The notes beneath the pieces are model-generated. The model saw nothing but the letters and a program-made list of their open reading frames with translations, did not search any database and was not told where the DNA came from. Positions 10,371 to 22,994 of a stretch of DNA of 64,000 bases are shown piece after piece (within the stretch, counting starts at the first letter, position 1; each line of letters opens with the position of its first letter). The DNA is from Aplysia californica (taxonomy: Eukaryota), in contig NW_004797322.1 of assembly GCF_000002075.1 (NCBI RefSeq), positions 1,848,008 through 1,912,007 of the forward strand. The letters run 5' to 3'. The translations under genes were made by a program, and so were the position numbers.

Positions 10371-12423
10371 TTATTTTACTATGTCTTTTGATGGGTGGTG
10401 CACACGACAGAGTAGCTCAGGGTGGGTTTGGACGTGTTGTGACCGCATGATTGTTTTGACGTGTTTTTCTTTGTCTGTTATTGCTGCTACTCGTCTTTCC
10501 AGCTTGGCCTCGGTTGCATGAATGAGCTCACCCCCTTGCTCACCATGGAAGGCCATTCCAAACCCACATTTTTGTATCCAAGGAACGCAGTGTTTCTCAA
10601 GGATGTGTTGTTTGGGGATGACCTTTTCTTTTGATTGATTTTGATTGAGTAGCACGTGTTTTACGGCACTATCGACTCAAGACCTTTTATTTGCCTAATA
10701 TGTTTCTGTATAATAATAATAATAATAATGTATTGCATTTATATAACGCATATCCACTTATGCAATGCTCTATGCGCTTAACATGATATATATCAATTTT
10801 AAAGGTACATAGTGTTACATACTCATGCAAACACATATTCACTCACGCACGCACCACACACACATACATACTCACATACACACATACGTACATATGCACA
10901 TACGCACAAACAAACTCACAACGATCTACAGCTTGGATGCATTCTGTCTAATCGAAATATGATGAAAATAGAAATGATTTTAGTTTCTTCTTAAAAATTT
11001 CTAGATTTTCTGCTTCTCTGATAGTTTTTGGAAGCCTATTCCAAACAAGTGGGGCAAAATATGAAAAAGAGCGTTGGCCATATGATTTGTAATTTATTTT
11101 AGGCTTAACAAGGGTTGTTTTGTCACTTGATGATCTGAGACATATCTATAAAGACATATATCGTGTGATGCATGACTGAATATGTGGTATTCTCTCTAAA
11201 GTGATTGGCTTTCCATGTGCAATTACTGTGTGGATATCTTTGAAGGTGTCTTTTACGTGAACAAATTTCTCTCTCAGAACAATTAATGCGGTGTCTATTA
11301 TGCTTTTATTTCGTGTACATGCAACTGTTCTTTTTGTTAAAAATGATGCTAGCTGTCTGTACACATGGGCTGTGATGTATTTATGGCAGTGGTTTCCTAT
11401 AAATGAACGGCTGTGGTAGGCCTGTGGTGTGATGTTGTGTTGTTTGAGGATGTTATCAAATTCAGAGTAGGCAGGACTTGACCTTGGAATAAGCTCCTCA
11501 AACTCTAACAGCTGATCATGTACACTAGAACCCTCCTTCTCAAATCTCCCTGCTTCTCATGGATTATTGGACAAAACTTGACAGCCCTGTAACAATTGAA
11601 TGTCCTCTTCGTTTTTTTCCAGCCCTCTTTCATTTTTTGACGTAGATATGCACATTTTGTCCTATTCCAGGAGCGCAATTCTCCATAGATTGATGGACCA
11701 GCTGTACATCTATATCATGTGCAGCCTTCTCAAGAAGGCGATGATGTTTGAGCACAATGCCCACCATATGATCATGTTGAGTGTGGCACTCCATGACAAA
11801 AATATTGTTAAAAATGACATCGAAAATCAGATGTAGTAGAGGCAAGAAAATTAAAAACAGCAAGGAAGAATGTTTAGAGTGCTGGGTTGGTATTTTTTAA
11901 AAATCACAGAAAATCATAGAATAACTTAGTGCACTTGAAACTTGCACATGTAAATGAAAATTGTCACCACAGTTGATACATGAATTTCTGTTTAAATCGT
12001 TGGGGGCCAGATTGAAATATTTAAATCCAAACTGAAAAAGTTCTGAACATTGAAGATGCCAGTTTGAAAATCACAGACTTACTTAAATCCGTTGTAAAAC
12101 TGATATAATCGGACTTACAAGAAAACAAGTTATACCGGCTTACAGGTCAAACATAGCACGTTACAATGAAATCTCAATCGGCCTTGTAGCATTTATAGTT
12201 TCAGAGTTAGGAGGCTTTCAATTCGCACTAAAACACCATATTTACTACTGCCCCGGCACAGGAGGAGTGTCGTTGCGGTCACCCCAATTAACCCCTCTGA
12301 CAAGTGATTTATGACTACGTGCTGGGCTGTCGGGCGGGGGCGGGCAGGGTGGTGAGGATGGTCGGGGAGAAACCGGGGAAGAAAAACTAAGTGAGCGGTC
12401 TGGACGGTATTTTATCAGCTGTG
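10371..12423 (-). mobile_element. Second, internally deleted RAG1-like transposon (diverged subfamily): transposase C-terminal remnant plus intact 5' terminus
   Basis: PKQHILEKHCVPWIQKCGFGMAFHGEQGGELIH (10371-10630), PQAYHSRSFIGNHCHKYI (~11380-11430) and GIVLKHHRLLE (~11730-11765). Terminus (revcomp of 12385-12423) is CACAGCT-23bp-CACTTAGTT. Shares GATTTATGAC (12306 vs 4179) with element 1. Confidence 0.85.
10710..11147 (-). mobile_element. L2/CR1-group LINE 3' end inserted into the second RAG1-like element
   Basis: KSYGQRSFSYFAPLVWNRLPKTIREAENLEIFKKKLKSFLF followed by a (TG)-rich UTR and a (TTA)n tail. Confidence 0.8.
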
Positions 12424-12865
12424 GGTGAGAAAGGCAATGATGATGAAGATGATCTGAGAAACAAACATTTAAATCATGTGAGAGTTTTTCCAGCAAAACG
12501 CATGCTGTCGACATAATATAGTGTAAAGCGCATAGAGCCTGCTGCTGAGCGGGGATAGGCGCTATACAAATGCTATCTATTATTATTATTAATAAATTAT
12601 AATTATATGGCCTGGAAACCATGATTACTGATCGACCATCATGTTTGCTCAACGAAGTCACCTATATCTCAATGGTCTCCAGAGGCATTCACGGGGCCAA
12701 CGATCAGCCCCGTGAGTCAAACACCGACAGATGAGATTGTAAATTCCATACAGTTGTGGGATTCACGGCACCATCAGGCAACTTTTGGGCCACAATGTTT
12801 ATTCAAGATTTTCATATTACGTCAGATTACACGTTTGAGTTGAGATAATAGAAAAATAGTTTTAA

Positions 12866-13374
12866 CTCTTGTCCTGCGTCTGTGCCGAGATGCGAATCTT
12901 ATCAGCAACCGATTACGTCAGACATGCCGGGCAGGCCGCTTTTATCAGGTAGTATCATTTGATACAAAATCAAGCTCATTTGAAAGATTTTGTATTGAAA
13001 AATGGAAGTCTTGTTTCCTGACTATCCTTTCGAGCTCCTCATGTCTAAGTGGGTCAATTTCTTCTATAATTTCATTGGACGAACATCTAGAGCTACCAAC
13101 TTGGCGCGTTTTGAATGAGACATATGCCTCGATTACAAACCAACGCAGGCGGTTCTAGAAGAAAGCCACAAACACACACAAACTCAAGCAGACTGACGCA
13201 CACACACTTGACCTGAGTGAATGGGGATCCGACTCGGGACCCGAATTTCACGTAAGATGATGCGCGGTGCGCATGCGCTGAGCCAGGGGCTACACTGATT
13301 CCGGACCAGTAAGTAGGCGAGGTGCCGAAATAGGCTTATCGGGTGACATAAACCCGGCTCCCGCAGGACAATGG
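12866..13374. mobile_element. piggyBac-like MITE
   Basis: TTAA on both sides; TIRs CTCTTGTCCTGCG and CGCAGGACAATGG. Confidence 0.8.
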
Positions 13375-13797
13375 TTAAAGGGAAAATTTGTGGAATTCAC
13401 GGTTTTATCAGGCGACTAACGATATATACTTTGAATAACCATCATCTGACTAATTTTTAGTTTTTAGAGCAATCGTGCTACTCATTAAGAGTAGTATACC
13501 AGTCCGACTGTAACACTTTTTGTCAAAGTGTGTCCTCTAAAAATTGATATTATAAGACAGATGTGAAGACTAAGCTGTGTGACCAAGGAAACAAATTCAT
13601 TTCGTGAAAAGAAACTGGTAAATAGTCCCTAAGCCTCTTCAGGTAGTACAAAGGGCCAGCCGTAGTACAATAAAGTGGAAATAACAGTGAAAAATAATAA
13701 AACAATATCTTCAGCTTCATTTTCAAAATCCACCGTTTGTGTTTTTAATTGCCCAAGTCAAAGAAAACAGCCAATACTCAAACCAAGGAAATCTCAC

Positions 13798-13952
13798 CTC
13801 ATTTCACTGTTCCAGATTGCCTCTGGGGTATCAAACTCTCCCAAAAAAATCTGTGCAAATTTGTCAGGAGAGTAATTCTCCAGGTAACAGACCATAGCCT
13901 CAGGCAGGATGGGACCAAGGACACTGCGAGCCAACACATCAGACGTCGTGTT
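13798..13952 (-). CDS. DNAJC13: DNAJC13 exon ([27 protein letters not shown]...[14 protein letters not shown])
   Basis: Hand translation; CAG/GTGAG; 155 bp. Confidence 0.95.
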
Positions 13953-14403
13953 CTGGAGAAGAGAGGGACATCTCTTGTTTCTTAATGCATTGTTTAGGAA
14001 ATTACTTTATATAACACAAGAGAGAGTAAATTTGTCATGCAATTACATCCCATTGTTCATGCGTTTGGCACATAACATTGCATTTCGTTTTTTAAAAATA
14101 AAAGAAGTCACAATCATTGGAATATACGCTCTTGGGATGGGTACAACTCTTTAAAAACAATACTTTGTAATCAATTCAGGTGAGGAATATTGTTACATAA
14201 TCTTGAATATTTACTATTTAACATGCAACACTTCTTACTCCATCACAAAAAAAAAATCTGGAAAGTATCCAAGCCCAAGGCCTTTATTGAAGGGTAACAG
14301 ATTAGTCATTTCAAAGAAAATAACTGAACGAGTACTTCTAGGATCTTTTGCAATGGTAATAAATCAGGCATTATGAAAAATGGAATAAGATGTGAGAGCC
14401 CAC

Positions 14404-14604
14404 CTCCTCCGAGCGGAATGCTTGCTTAATGTGAGTGTTCTTGAGGAAGCGTGCGACAGGCAGCACATTGGATCCTGTGTACATCATGATGAAGAAAAAC
14501 ACGCCAGACAGGTAGAGGCGTGACACACTTGGGTTGTCCTGCATTACAAGGAACAGCAGCGATGCCACTTTCTCCACTAGCACAGGATCAAAGGTCAACA
14601 GGAG
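14404..14604 (-). CDS. DNAJC13: DNAJC13 exon ([13 protein letters not shown]...KQAFRSEE)
   Basis: ORF 14371-14598; CAG/GTGGG; 201 bp. Confidence 0.96.
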
Positions 14605-15569
14605 CTGGAGGGGTAAAAAAAGAAAAATCAGTGTTGTGATTGTATAGTTGTCGGTTCATTTCTGTGATTGTCTGGTGTCATCCTTTGGGTCTAATGTCAA
14701 TTATCTTATTAATTTCTTGACAACGCAATTGTAATTAATCAATGATGGCTACATTAACAAAAAGATATAACAATGATTTTTAAGAAGAGTTATACACCCC
14801 CCCCCCCCCCAAAAAACAAAAATATTTTTAAAAATGAATAAAAAACTGCAACATGAAGAGCAACAGCTTCTATACCAAAAAAAGAGCCAGGTAAGTCTCG
14901 ACTGATTTATTGACTAACACAGTACAGGACTTTCACACAATCCTGTTCAAACTACCAAGTCAACTTGTGGCACTAGATGCTGAAAACAGCCCATAACACT
15001 CTCCTTACGGAATGCACAAAAACGCAATAATAATAATTGCATTTAAACAGAGCATATTCTGATTTTTTAACAGGGCCGCCTACCTCATAAAGTTCCTATT
15101 TCCGGTAAATTCAGGGTCAATTTCAGGTATTTTGGTAAAAAAATCAGGTAGTACAAAGACAAAGAAGGAAAACAAAGATGAATGTTACCCCGCTACACAT
15201 AGTTACCATAGAACGGGGCTTGCTTTTCATATTAGGTAACTGCAACTTTANNNNNNNNNNNNNNNNNNNNNNNNNNNNNNNNNNNNNNNNNNNNNNNNNN
15301 NNNNNNNNNNNNNNNNNNNNNNNNNNNNNNNNNNNNNNNNNNNNNNNNNNNNNNNNNNNNNNNNNNNNNNNNNNNNNNNNNNNNNNNNNNNNNNNNNNNN
15401 NNNNNNNNNNNNNNNNNNNNNNNNNNNNNNNNNNNNNNNNNNNNNNNNNNNNNNNNNNNNNNNNNNNNNCGAACAGTATTGATGAAACGAAATGTGTTTT
15501 TTGTAAGCATTTATGGACTGTCATTCAAGGAACCTATCAGTATGTAGTCTAAAACAGCCGTATGCACTG

Positions 15570-18110
15570 CTCACAGCGGGACGCTCCGTAGCCTGGAGAT
15601 CATCAGAAGAGAATGCATCGCTGTTTCAGGCTCTTCCTCTCTACAGCTTTTCTGACGTACCGAGCCCTCTCACCGATGTGAGGTCTCCATGCTAGTCCGA
15701 CTGTTTTCCTCTGCTGCCAACTCTTAGGATTCATCCCAGCCTGCGTCCTCTCACTTCAACCAGATCCAGTGACTGGCTTTCTCTACTGTCTTCTGAAGAG
15801 AGTTATAAGTTTGTGCTAGTTGCTACGAAACCTCTGCATCCTACCTCTACCGGAAAATGGGTTGCTTTCCATCCTGCCTCCTCACATTGTTCGACAAAAG
15901 CCTTGTATCGGTTTTCTTTCCGCTCGTTTGCGGCATAGATATTGTCCTCCTGGGGCACCGTGAGCTCCACCAGGTGCACCTCTTTCTCTTTTTCCTCCCA
16001 TAACACCAAGTCTGGCTTTTTTGTAGTTGGGAGGGGAAGAATCTCTCAAAGCCCTTTAAGTGAGCAGCTACCTCCCAATTGCCTCCACTCTGGTCTTCCA
16101 TGGATTCGTTCGCTTTCTTTCTGTTGGGAACCTTGCTTCCTTGCGGAACAAACGCAATCTCGGGGAGTCCATGCTTCTGCAGCTTGGGGGCGTATTTTCC
16201 TTCTTCCACCTGTTTTGTCGCCATTGTGGTGAGCACTTTCAGCACTTCATAGCGCCTCCAGGTGTACCTGTTAAGAGCCAGATTGCAGTTTGACAAAATA
16301 TGTTTCATGGTTCCTAGCTTACCGCATCTACACTTTTTGTCCTCCTGTACCTTCCATCTGACCAAGTTCACTGGTGAAGGCAAAACATCATATGAAGACC
16401 AGAGAAGAAAGCTTAGCCTAGATGTATTCCACTTCCAGATGTCACTCCAACCGACTTTTCTTTCGTCTATATGCTCATCCCATCTGGTCATTTGTCCTTG
16501 CTGGCTACACTGGATGAGATTCGCCTCTCTGCCTCCATCTTTTGCATATGTCTTGTTTCAGCTTTTCTTCTGTCTCGCTGAGACATTTTCCTGAAAGGTC
16601 TAAAGTTGCCATTACCTAGCCCTAATCTGCCAGGTTGTGCTGGACCAACAATGTCGCCATGCTCCAAAGTAGAGATGATCTCGTCAGTTGCAACTCCTGC
16701 CTTCCACTTTCTCGCTGTTTTGACACCTGGAGGTTTTCCGCTGATCTCCTTATCCCTTGATTCTCTCAGCATAACGGTTCTAATCTTGCCTGCTTTGTAG
16801 ACTTCACGACTGACGTGAGAGGTAGTTGAAGGTAATATTTGACCACAGGGGCAGTTGGACGCTTCAGGCCTCTCATATCAAGCAGTTCTTCTCTTCTTGG
16901 ATCGCTGTACGTCTGCTTTTTAAGCATCGAGTTCTTCTTTCATATATTCCAACTTACCACTCCGAGCCTCTGTGAACAGTTTTTTTGCTGCTTCATAAGG
17001 ATTTTTCAGAAACTGTTCACGTTCCCTTTTCCTCTCTTTTCTCTTGGTACACTTTCTTTCGTGCCTCTGCAGGTCTCTGCTCTTTTTCTCAAGATCTTCA
17101 AACAGAATTCTCCGGTCTTCTATCTCTTCTGGTGGTGCATACTTTTTCTGCTTTTGCAAGTCTCGTTTCTGTTTTCTTTGCTGTGCAAGTACTCTCTGCC
17201 TTCTACTCAATCCACTTTTCTTCTCTGTCTTTTTCTTTCCTTCACAAATACCAAACTCTTTTATCGCTGAATCATAGATAACGGTTGCAAACGCACTCAA
17301 GGTTTCTTCAGCATCATCTCTGTTCTTGTTCTTGTTCTTGTTTCAGGAAGCAACATCCCTGCACTCCGGACATGTCCATTGATGCTCCGTTGCTCTCTCC
17401 AAAATGTTGCAGAGGGTCCTTCTACTGATTGTGCCAGAAATTTATGACTTCTTTCAGTTTCTTCTGGACTTGTTCTTCTAACATCTTGTACTTTGCCTTC
17501 TTGTTAGCAGAAGGCCACAGTATTCTGGGTTTCCGTAACCCTGGTTCCTTAGTTTGCTGTTCCATCTCATGCTGAGATAGGGTAAAAGGAGAGTCGACTG
17601 AAGCACTAATAGCTCCCCTGCGGTTTTTATCCTGGGATGATTTGCTTCGCGTCTTACAATCTGTTGATCTGCACTGTCTTCTCTTCCTCAAACAGACTTT
17701 TCCCTGGTGAACTCTCAGCCCTTGCCAGGTATCGAACTTTCTGTAGCACTGCTCGCACATAAAGCTGTTCTCTTGGTTTTCTTCCAGCATTGTCCTTTTA
17801 ACGCTTAAGTCATTGTCCATTGTATTCGTTCTAGAGGATCCATCCTCTACTTCCCCCTCTCGGTGGATTCAGGGGCTGTCTTTTCTAGTGGTTGACGAAA
17901 CTTGTGCTTACAGCGACTTGGGTAGTTAGCCCCTGCCACTGTCGGTCTTTCCAGATGTCCTCGGTCTTTCCCGATATCAACCCGTCACTCCGAGTTTTCA
18001 TCCTGTCTTTCCAGGATGTCCGTAGCATATACCCGCTACTGGTAGGTACGTAGTCAAAAACAGCATTAAATATGGATTTGAGTGCTTGGGTTACTGCCAA
18101 CCTGACTTCA
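15570..18110 (-). mobile_element. Hero-clade (RLE-type) non-LTR retrotransposon with the RT domain deleted
   Basis: N-terminal C2H2-like finger CEQCYRKFDTWQGLRVHQGKVC; YDVLPSPVNLVRW; C-terminal zinc-knuckle-like HILSNC; RLE motif PDLVLW..ELTVP..ERK..Y..PVEVGCRGF. No RT motifs between 16920 and 16772. Confidence 0.85.
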
Positions 18111-18754
18111 AAACCTTAGTTCATATTTTTTTAAACCTATGTTATAACATTTTCCGACAATAGCATACCAATCTAAGGGCATTGACAAGTCCTGTGTGAC
18201 TTAGATATTTTTACTAGTATTCCTCTCAGCTCTAACCAAGCAAGCTCTGGGAATTTGTCATCATACCATTGACAGTAGGCTACACAAATCCGAGGACATC
18301 AATCTCGATAATACACTAAGCTTATTACTCTAATTTTCCTCCATTCACGTATTCTATGGCCGAAAGTCACAACTTCAGAGCACAACTTCCACTTACTTTT
18401 TTATCTTACAATCATACTAACAAATTTTCTAGAACTAGACAGATTTGTAAAAAAGTTTCTTTCCCATACTACTTTTCTTTCCATCTTCGCAATTTAGATT
18501 CATAGATCAACACACAGATTTTCCAGCTGTAGCAAAATCCTGAAGATAGAAAGAATGAGTAAATGAAGGGAAAGAGGCAGATTAATTATCGTAACTAGCC
18601 AGATTTTAGCTGATTTGCAAGTGAAAACGTATTACTGACCAACCTGTAAACCTATAGTTGATGTCCAGAGGGACAATAGTCGAGTGTGTAAAATGCGCAA
18701 TCTGACACATTTCTAATACAGCTCACTGCCGAGAATTACCCGTAATAACCATAT

Positions 18755-20420
18755 ATATTGAGGTTTGCTGACGACACTGACGGACTCGCAGGAAATGAAG
18801 ACCTAGCCAGACTGGTGAAAAGATTGGATGAAATTTCAACCAGATATTATATGGAAATTAGAGCAGAGAAAATAAAGATGATAAGAAATAGTGACAAACC
18901 CATCAAAAGCAAAATTACGGTCGGTGGTCAACAGCTCGGAACAGTTGACCAGTTCACGGACTTTGGTGCTATCATCAGCCAAGAAGGATCCAAACCAGAA
19001 GTCTAAGTAAGAATTGCACAAACCTGTCCTCGTCGGATTATGTGATTATGCGGCTGCAGCGTAGCTGCGTTTTTTCGCATAATTCTACAACATTGGCATA
19101 ATTTTAGATTTCCAGTGTTTTTTCACTTTTTTAAAAGCATTTTCACCCAAAACATTTTTATTTTTACTGTCAAAAGAGTGACAGATTTTTACTGCTATGT
19201 ACAACCTGGTGTACAGTGAAAGACGTAGCAGCTTGAGTGAGGAATCCATTAAAAGGCTTGTTTCTCTTCTACAACAAGTTTGTTGGTCGTGACTTTTTCA
19301 ACTGATTTTCTGCTCTTGACATTTTCAGATTTCAAATCCCCAAGTACTGATGCTAAGCCCTTTCAAACATTGTTGTATTTCTTCTTTTTTTATAAGTAGG
19401 TCTACCCGTACTAAGATTGTTCTTAGATAGGCTAGTCTATTTTCACAATCACCACTATAATAGCCTATAAGATGCATTGTCAGTTTTGAGACGATTTCTT
19501 TTTTTAAAAATCAGCATGTCTATCAGCACATCACCACTACTACATACAATTACACACAAAATATATACATATTTGTCTTTTCTGGTGTGTTGGTCTGGTC
19601 CAGATGTCCTTGTTTTTTCTTTCTTCTATACAGCTGAAAGTTACAGACATTACATTTTTTTTTCTGACTGATGTGTCTTTCCAAAAGGACAGAAAAATTA
19701 CTGATACTGATATGTTCTGTTTTTCAATTTTTCTGTACATAAAAAAGGAAAATTCTTGTCAAAAAAAGTGTAAAACATGTTGTAAGTGGCGTTACCGTAA
19801 CTTGCATAATTTTCGCATTTTTGTCTTGCATAATTTGGCCATCTAAATTTGCATGTTTCTGCAGGGACAGACAAACAACAGGGGCGCTTATACAACTAAC
19901 ACCAATATGGAAAGATAGAAACATCTCAGTCAATTCCAAACTCAAGACTACACTATGCCCTCGTTATCTCTATCCTTCTGTATGCTGGTGATTCATGAAC
20001 ATTGACGGCAGAGCTTCAGAGGAAGATCCAAGCAGCCTAAATGAGATGCTTTTAACGACTCTTTGACATCTCATACACTGACCATGTCACAAATGAGGAA
20101 GTGCGCAGTAGAGTAAAACTAAGCACGAGGCATTAAGAAGACTTGCTGTCTACTGTGAAACAAAGAAAACTGAAATGGTATGGCCATTTCATGAGATCGT
20201 GTGACCTATCCAAGACCATTCTTCAGGGAACTGTGCAGAGAAGGATAAAGAGAGGAAGGCAAAGGAAGAGGGGGACCAACAATATTGAGGAGTGGACAGG
20301 AAAATCTTTCGCCAAAACTCAGGCCGAAGCAAAAAAAAACAACAACATGAAAAGTGGAGGCACCTGACCAGGCTTTGTCATACAGCACCCTTACAACCCT
20401 CATGGATTATGCGATCAGTG
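18755..20420 (+). mobile_element. 5'-truncated RTE LINE, split by a MITE
   Basis: RFADDTDGLAG...RIAQT|TGAL...KLKWYGHFMRS..KTILQG..RGRQRKR. Confidence 0.85.
19024..19870. mobile_element. Non-autonomous TIR element with 6-bp TSD ACAAAC
   Basis: Termini CTGTCC and GGACAG; subterminal GCATAAT repeats. Removing the element and one TSD restores the RTE frame RIAQTTGAL. Confidence 0.8.
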
Positions 20421-21697
20421 AGCAGTGACCGTATATATCCAAGAAATTAGAGGGGCAAGTACGGATTCTTTGCTATGGGATACCGATAGCCAATATTCTT
20501 TCTCTCTCTCTCTCTCCCCCCCCCCTCCCCCCCCCCCCTCTCTCTCTCTCTCTCTCTTTCGTATGGAGTTTCACATAATGATAATGCAAGTAGGGAACTT
20601 TTGGAAGGTGCAGATTTCTGTAAAAACAGGGAAGATTGGGAGCACTACAGAGGGGCAATTTTTTCTCTTTTAATCTTGACACCCATCGCTAGTCCAATAG
20701 TTTTGATACCTTTATCGGTATGGCGGTAGGCGGTAGAACAGGTCCAATATTGGTAAACCTAGACCTAGAAGGAGCGAATGGTATTGATTTTAAATTCTCC
20801 ATTCAGTTCTCTCTACAGTGATGCCCAAACTCATGCCGGTAGAATGAAACTTGATTTCCAAATCTTCTGAACTTCATTTGTCAAAGTCATAACATAATAT
20901 ACAGGCCTTACAGAAACCTGTATAAGACTGAAACCTGTATTAACAGAATCTACTCGCCCCTCCCTTGATAGATTTCTCTATATATATTACAAGCCTACCA
21001 CTATTAAACAGGAAACTGCTTGACACAGAAACGAAAGAGAAATTCCTTTCCTTTGGAGAAAAAAAAACTATCAAGTTTGGTTCAAGCAGCTCTAATCTTT
21101 ACACTATGCCACCAGGTGAGGAAGGGGAGTAGGTTTGCCTCATCCATGTGAAATCATCACCAGTGCCTGAGGAAGTACTCGAGTGGTGCTCCAGCATGGA
21201 AACTTTCTTGGGTATCAAGAGGCCACAGGCGTGATATTAATTAGACCAATGCCTGCCGCTCTGATCGCATGGTCAGCAGAGAAAAAAGTTTCTTCAATTA
21301 TTGTTACATACACGGAAGAGGTGGAACTGGTTGACTGTGCTTATTAAACTGATGGGTGGGACTGCAGGTGGAAGTAAAGGTGATGTTCAATCATTTCTGT
21401 ATTTAATAGGTCAATGGATAAATGAGACAGATGCATGCCAATATTAAAGAGACTAGGATAACACTTGAGAGATGTGAAGGGTCTGAGACAGAATTTTTTT
21501 TTGGCTCCCTTGCTATTCCATCTTACACAAGTTCGACTGTATAATTTAAGTATAAGGTACGTGCAATCATTCTGACTTTTATTTGCGACAGTCATAGTTA
21601 GCACACTGAGGTACAGCAAACAAACTATTAGAGTTTAAAAAAGCATGACTTCATCATTAAAAAACATAATCATAGAAAGAAAAGACCAAAGACATAC

Positions 21698-21782
21698 CTG
21701 GACTATGTGAGGTAAGCAAGTAGCATCTGAGAGGATTCGTTTGATCTTTGGAAGTGGTCGAATAATAGCACCATCGGTATCT
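21698..21782 (-). CDS. DNAJC13: DNAJC13 exon ([28 protein letters not shown])
   Basis: Hand translation; CAG/GTATG; 85 bp. Confidence 0.94.
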
Positions 21783-22994
21783 CTGTAAAAAAATTACAAA
21801 AGGAAACACAAATCAATTTCTCCCAACCTAAATTCCAGTGCAGACTTCATTATGCAAACAAAGGATTCTAAACTTCACAGCCAACAGAAATACAGTTTTT
21901 GACAAAGCAACACGCAAAGCTAGGAAATTTGCAATCCCCCCAAAAATGCTAGGGTGAAAAAGCCAAACCACCACACAAGTGACTTTTGACATCTTCAGAT
22001 GTCCAAGCATCCTAATTAATTATAATAGAAAGCTTAATAGGCCAGTAAAAATTGACATCGAACCCATACATGAAAGATAACAACCAAATTTTTACGCCAA
22101 CTTGAACTTTGAACCGTTAAGTACTACCAAAAAAAATTCAACAAAAATCACCCCTGGGGAACATGCTTAATTTTAACCTAAAAAAAGGTCAAAAAGGTCA
22201 ATTTTCGAATTCGTTAAAATATGCCATTATTTGTTCAGAATGAAAGAGATAGTCAAATGAAACTCAAAAATACTTTTATTTTTAAAATTGACCGAATAGT
22301 TATCACTTAATTAGCATTTAAAGATTGTTTTAGGGCAAGGTCAGTGTCAAGGTCATCTTTAAAAATAGCTCAAATATGGTCGTGTTTAGTATCAAATTCA
22401 ACGTCTCAACAATAAAAACTCAGAATTTATGTTGTTTATGCAATTAACTTACATTTAAATTACCTATTGGCGGTAAACACATGATTGAGATAATAATGTT
22501 AAACGTTAAAAAACAAAAAGATATGGTGTGGTTATATAAACCTAAAAAATAAATCCATGTTCGTGCATAGCATGCAGCTCGGCTTTTGTATGCCAAGCTT
22601 CATGAAAATTCGTTGGTAAACATGGGAAAATAAGTAAAAATAGTAAAGTTAGGGCGAAATAAGGCCTTTTGTGATTTCACATTTGGAACTCCCCCCTTCC
22701 ATTTCTAACAGACTGTTCGAGTTATGGTCATAAGTGTTTGACTTCCGCTGTGTATGAGTTTCCTTCTTCTAGACTGGTTGCTCTGAAGAGCTATAGAGTC
22801 CTTCCTACCCTTGTTACGGCCTAGTTGGGGAACTTAAGAAGAAGTCTGTTTGCGTTGATTTGTAGAGAGCTGGTCCCCTTCCACCCCACCCCCGTCGTAG
22901 GCCAGGCACTTAATGTTGCGAGCCTGAGAGGCTTACCAGTTGGCCCCGATGCCACACGTGGCTCCAAAAAAAAATTTTGTAATTAATTCTAGCT

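Larger units (their letters stand above)
7014..13424. mobile_element. Pair of ~35-bp inverted termini of an unclassified TIR element bracketing a nest of insertions
   Basis: TATCGTCAGTCACCTGATGAAATCGTGACTTTCAC (7014-7048) versus revcomp of 13390-13424, TATCGTTAGTCGCCTGATAAAACCGTGAATTCCAC. Related subterminal motifs near 10088 and 12755. Confidence 0.55.
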
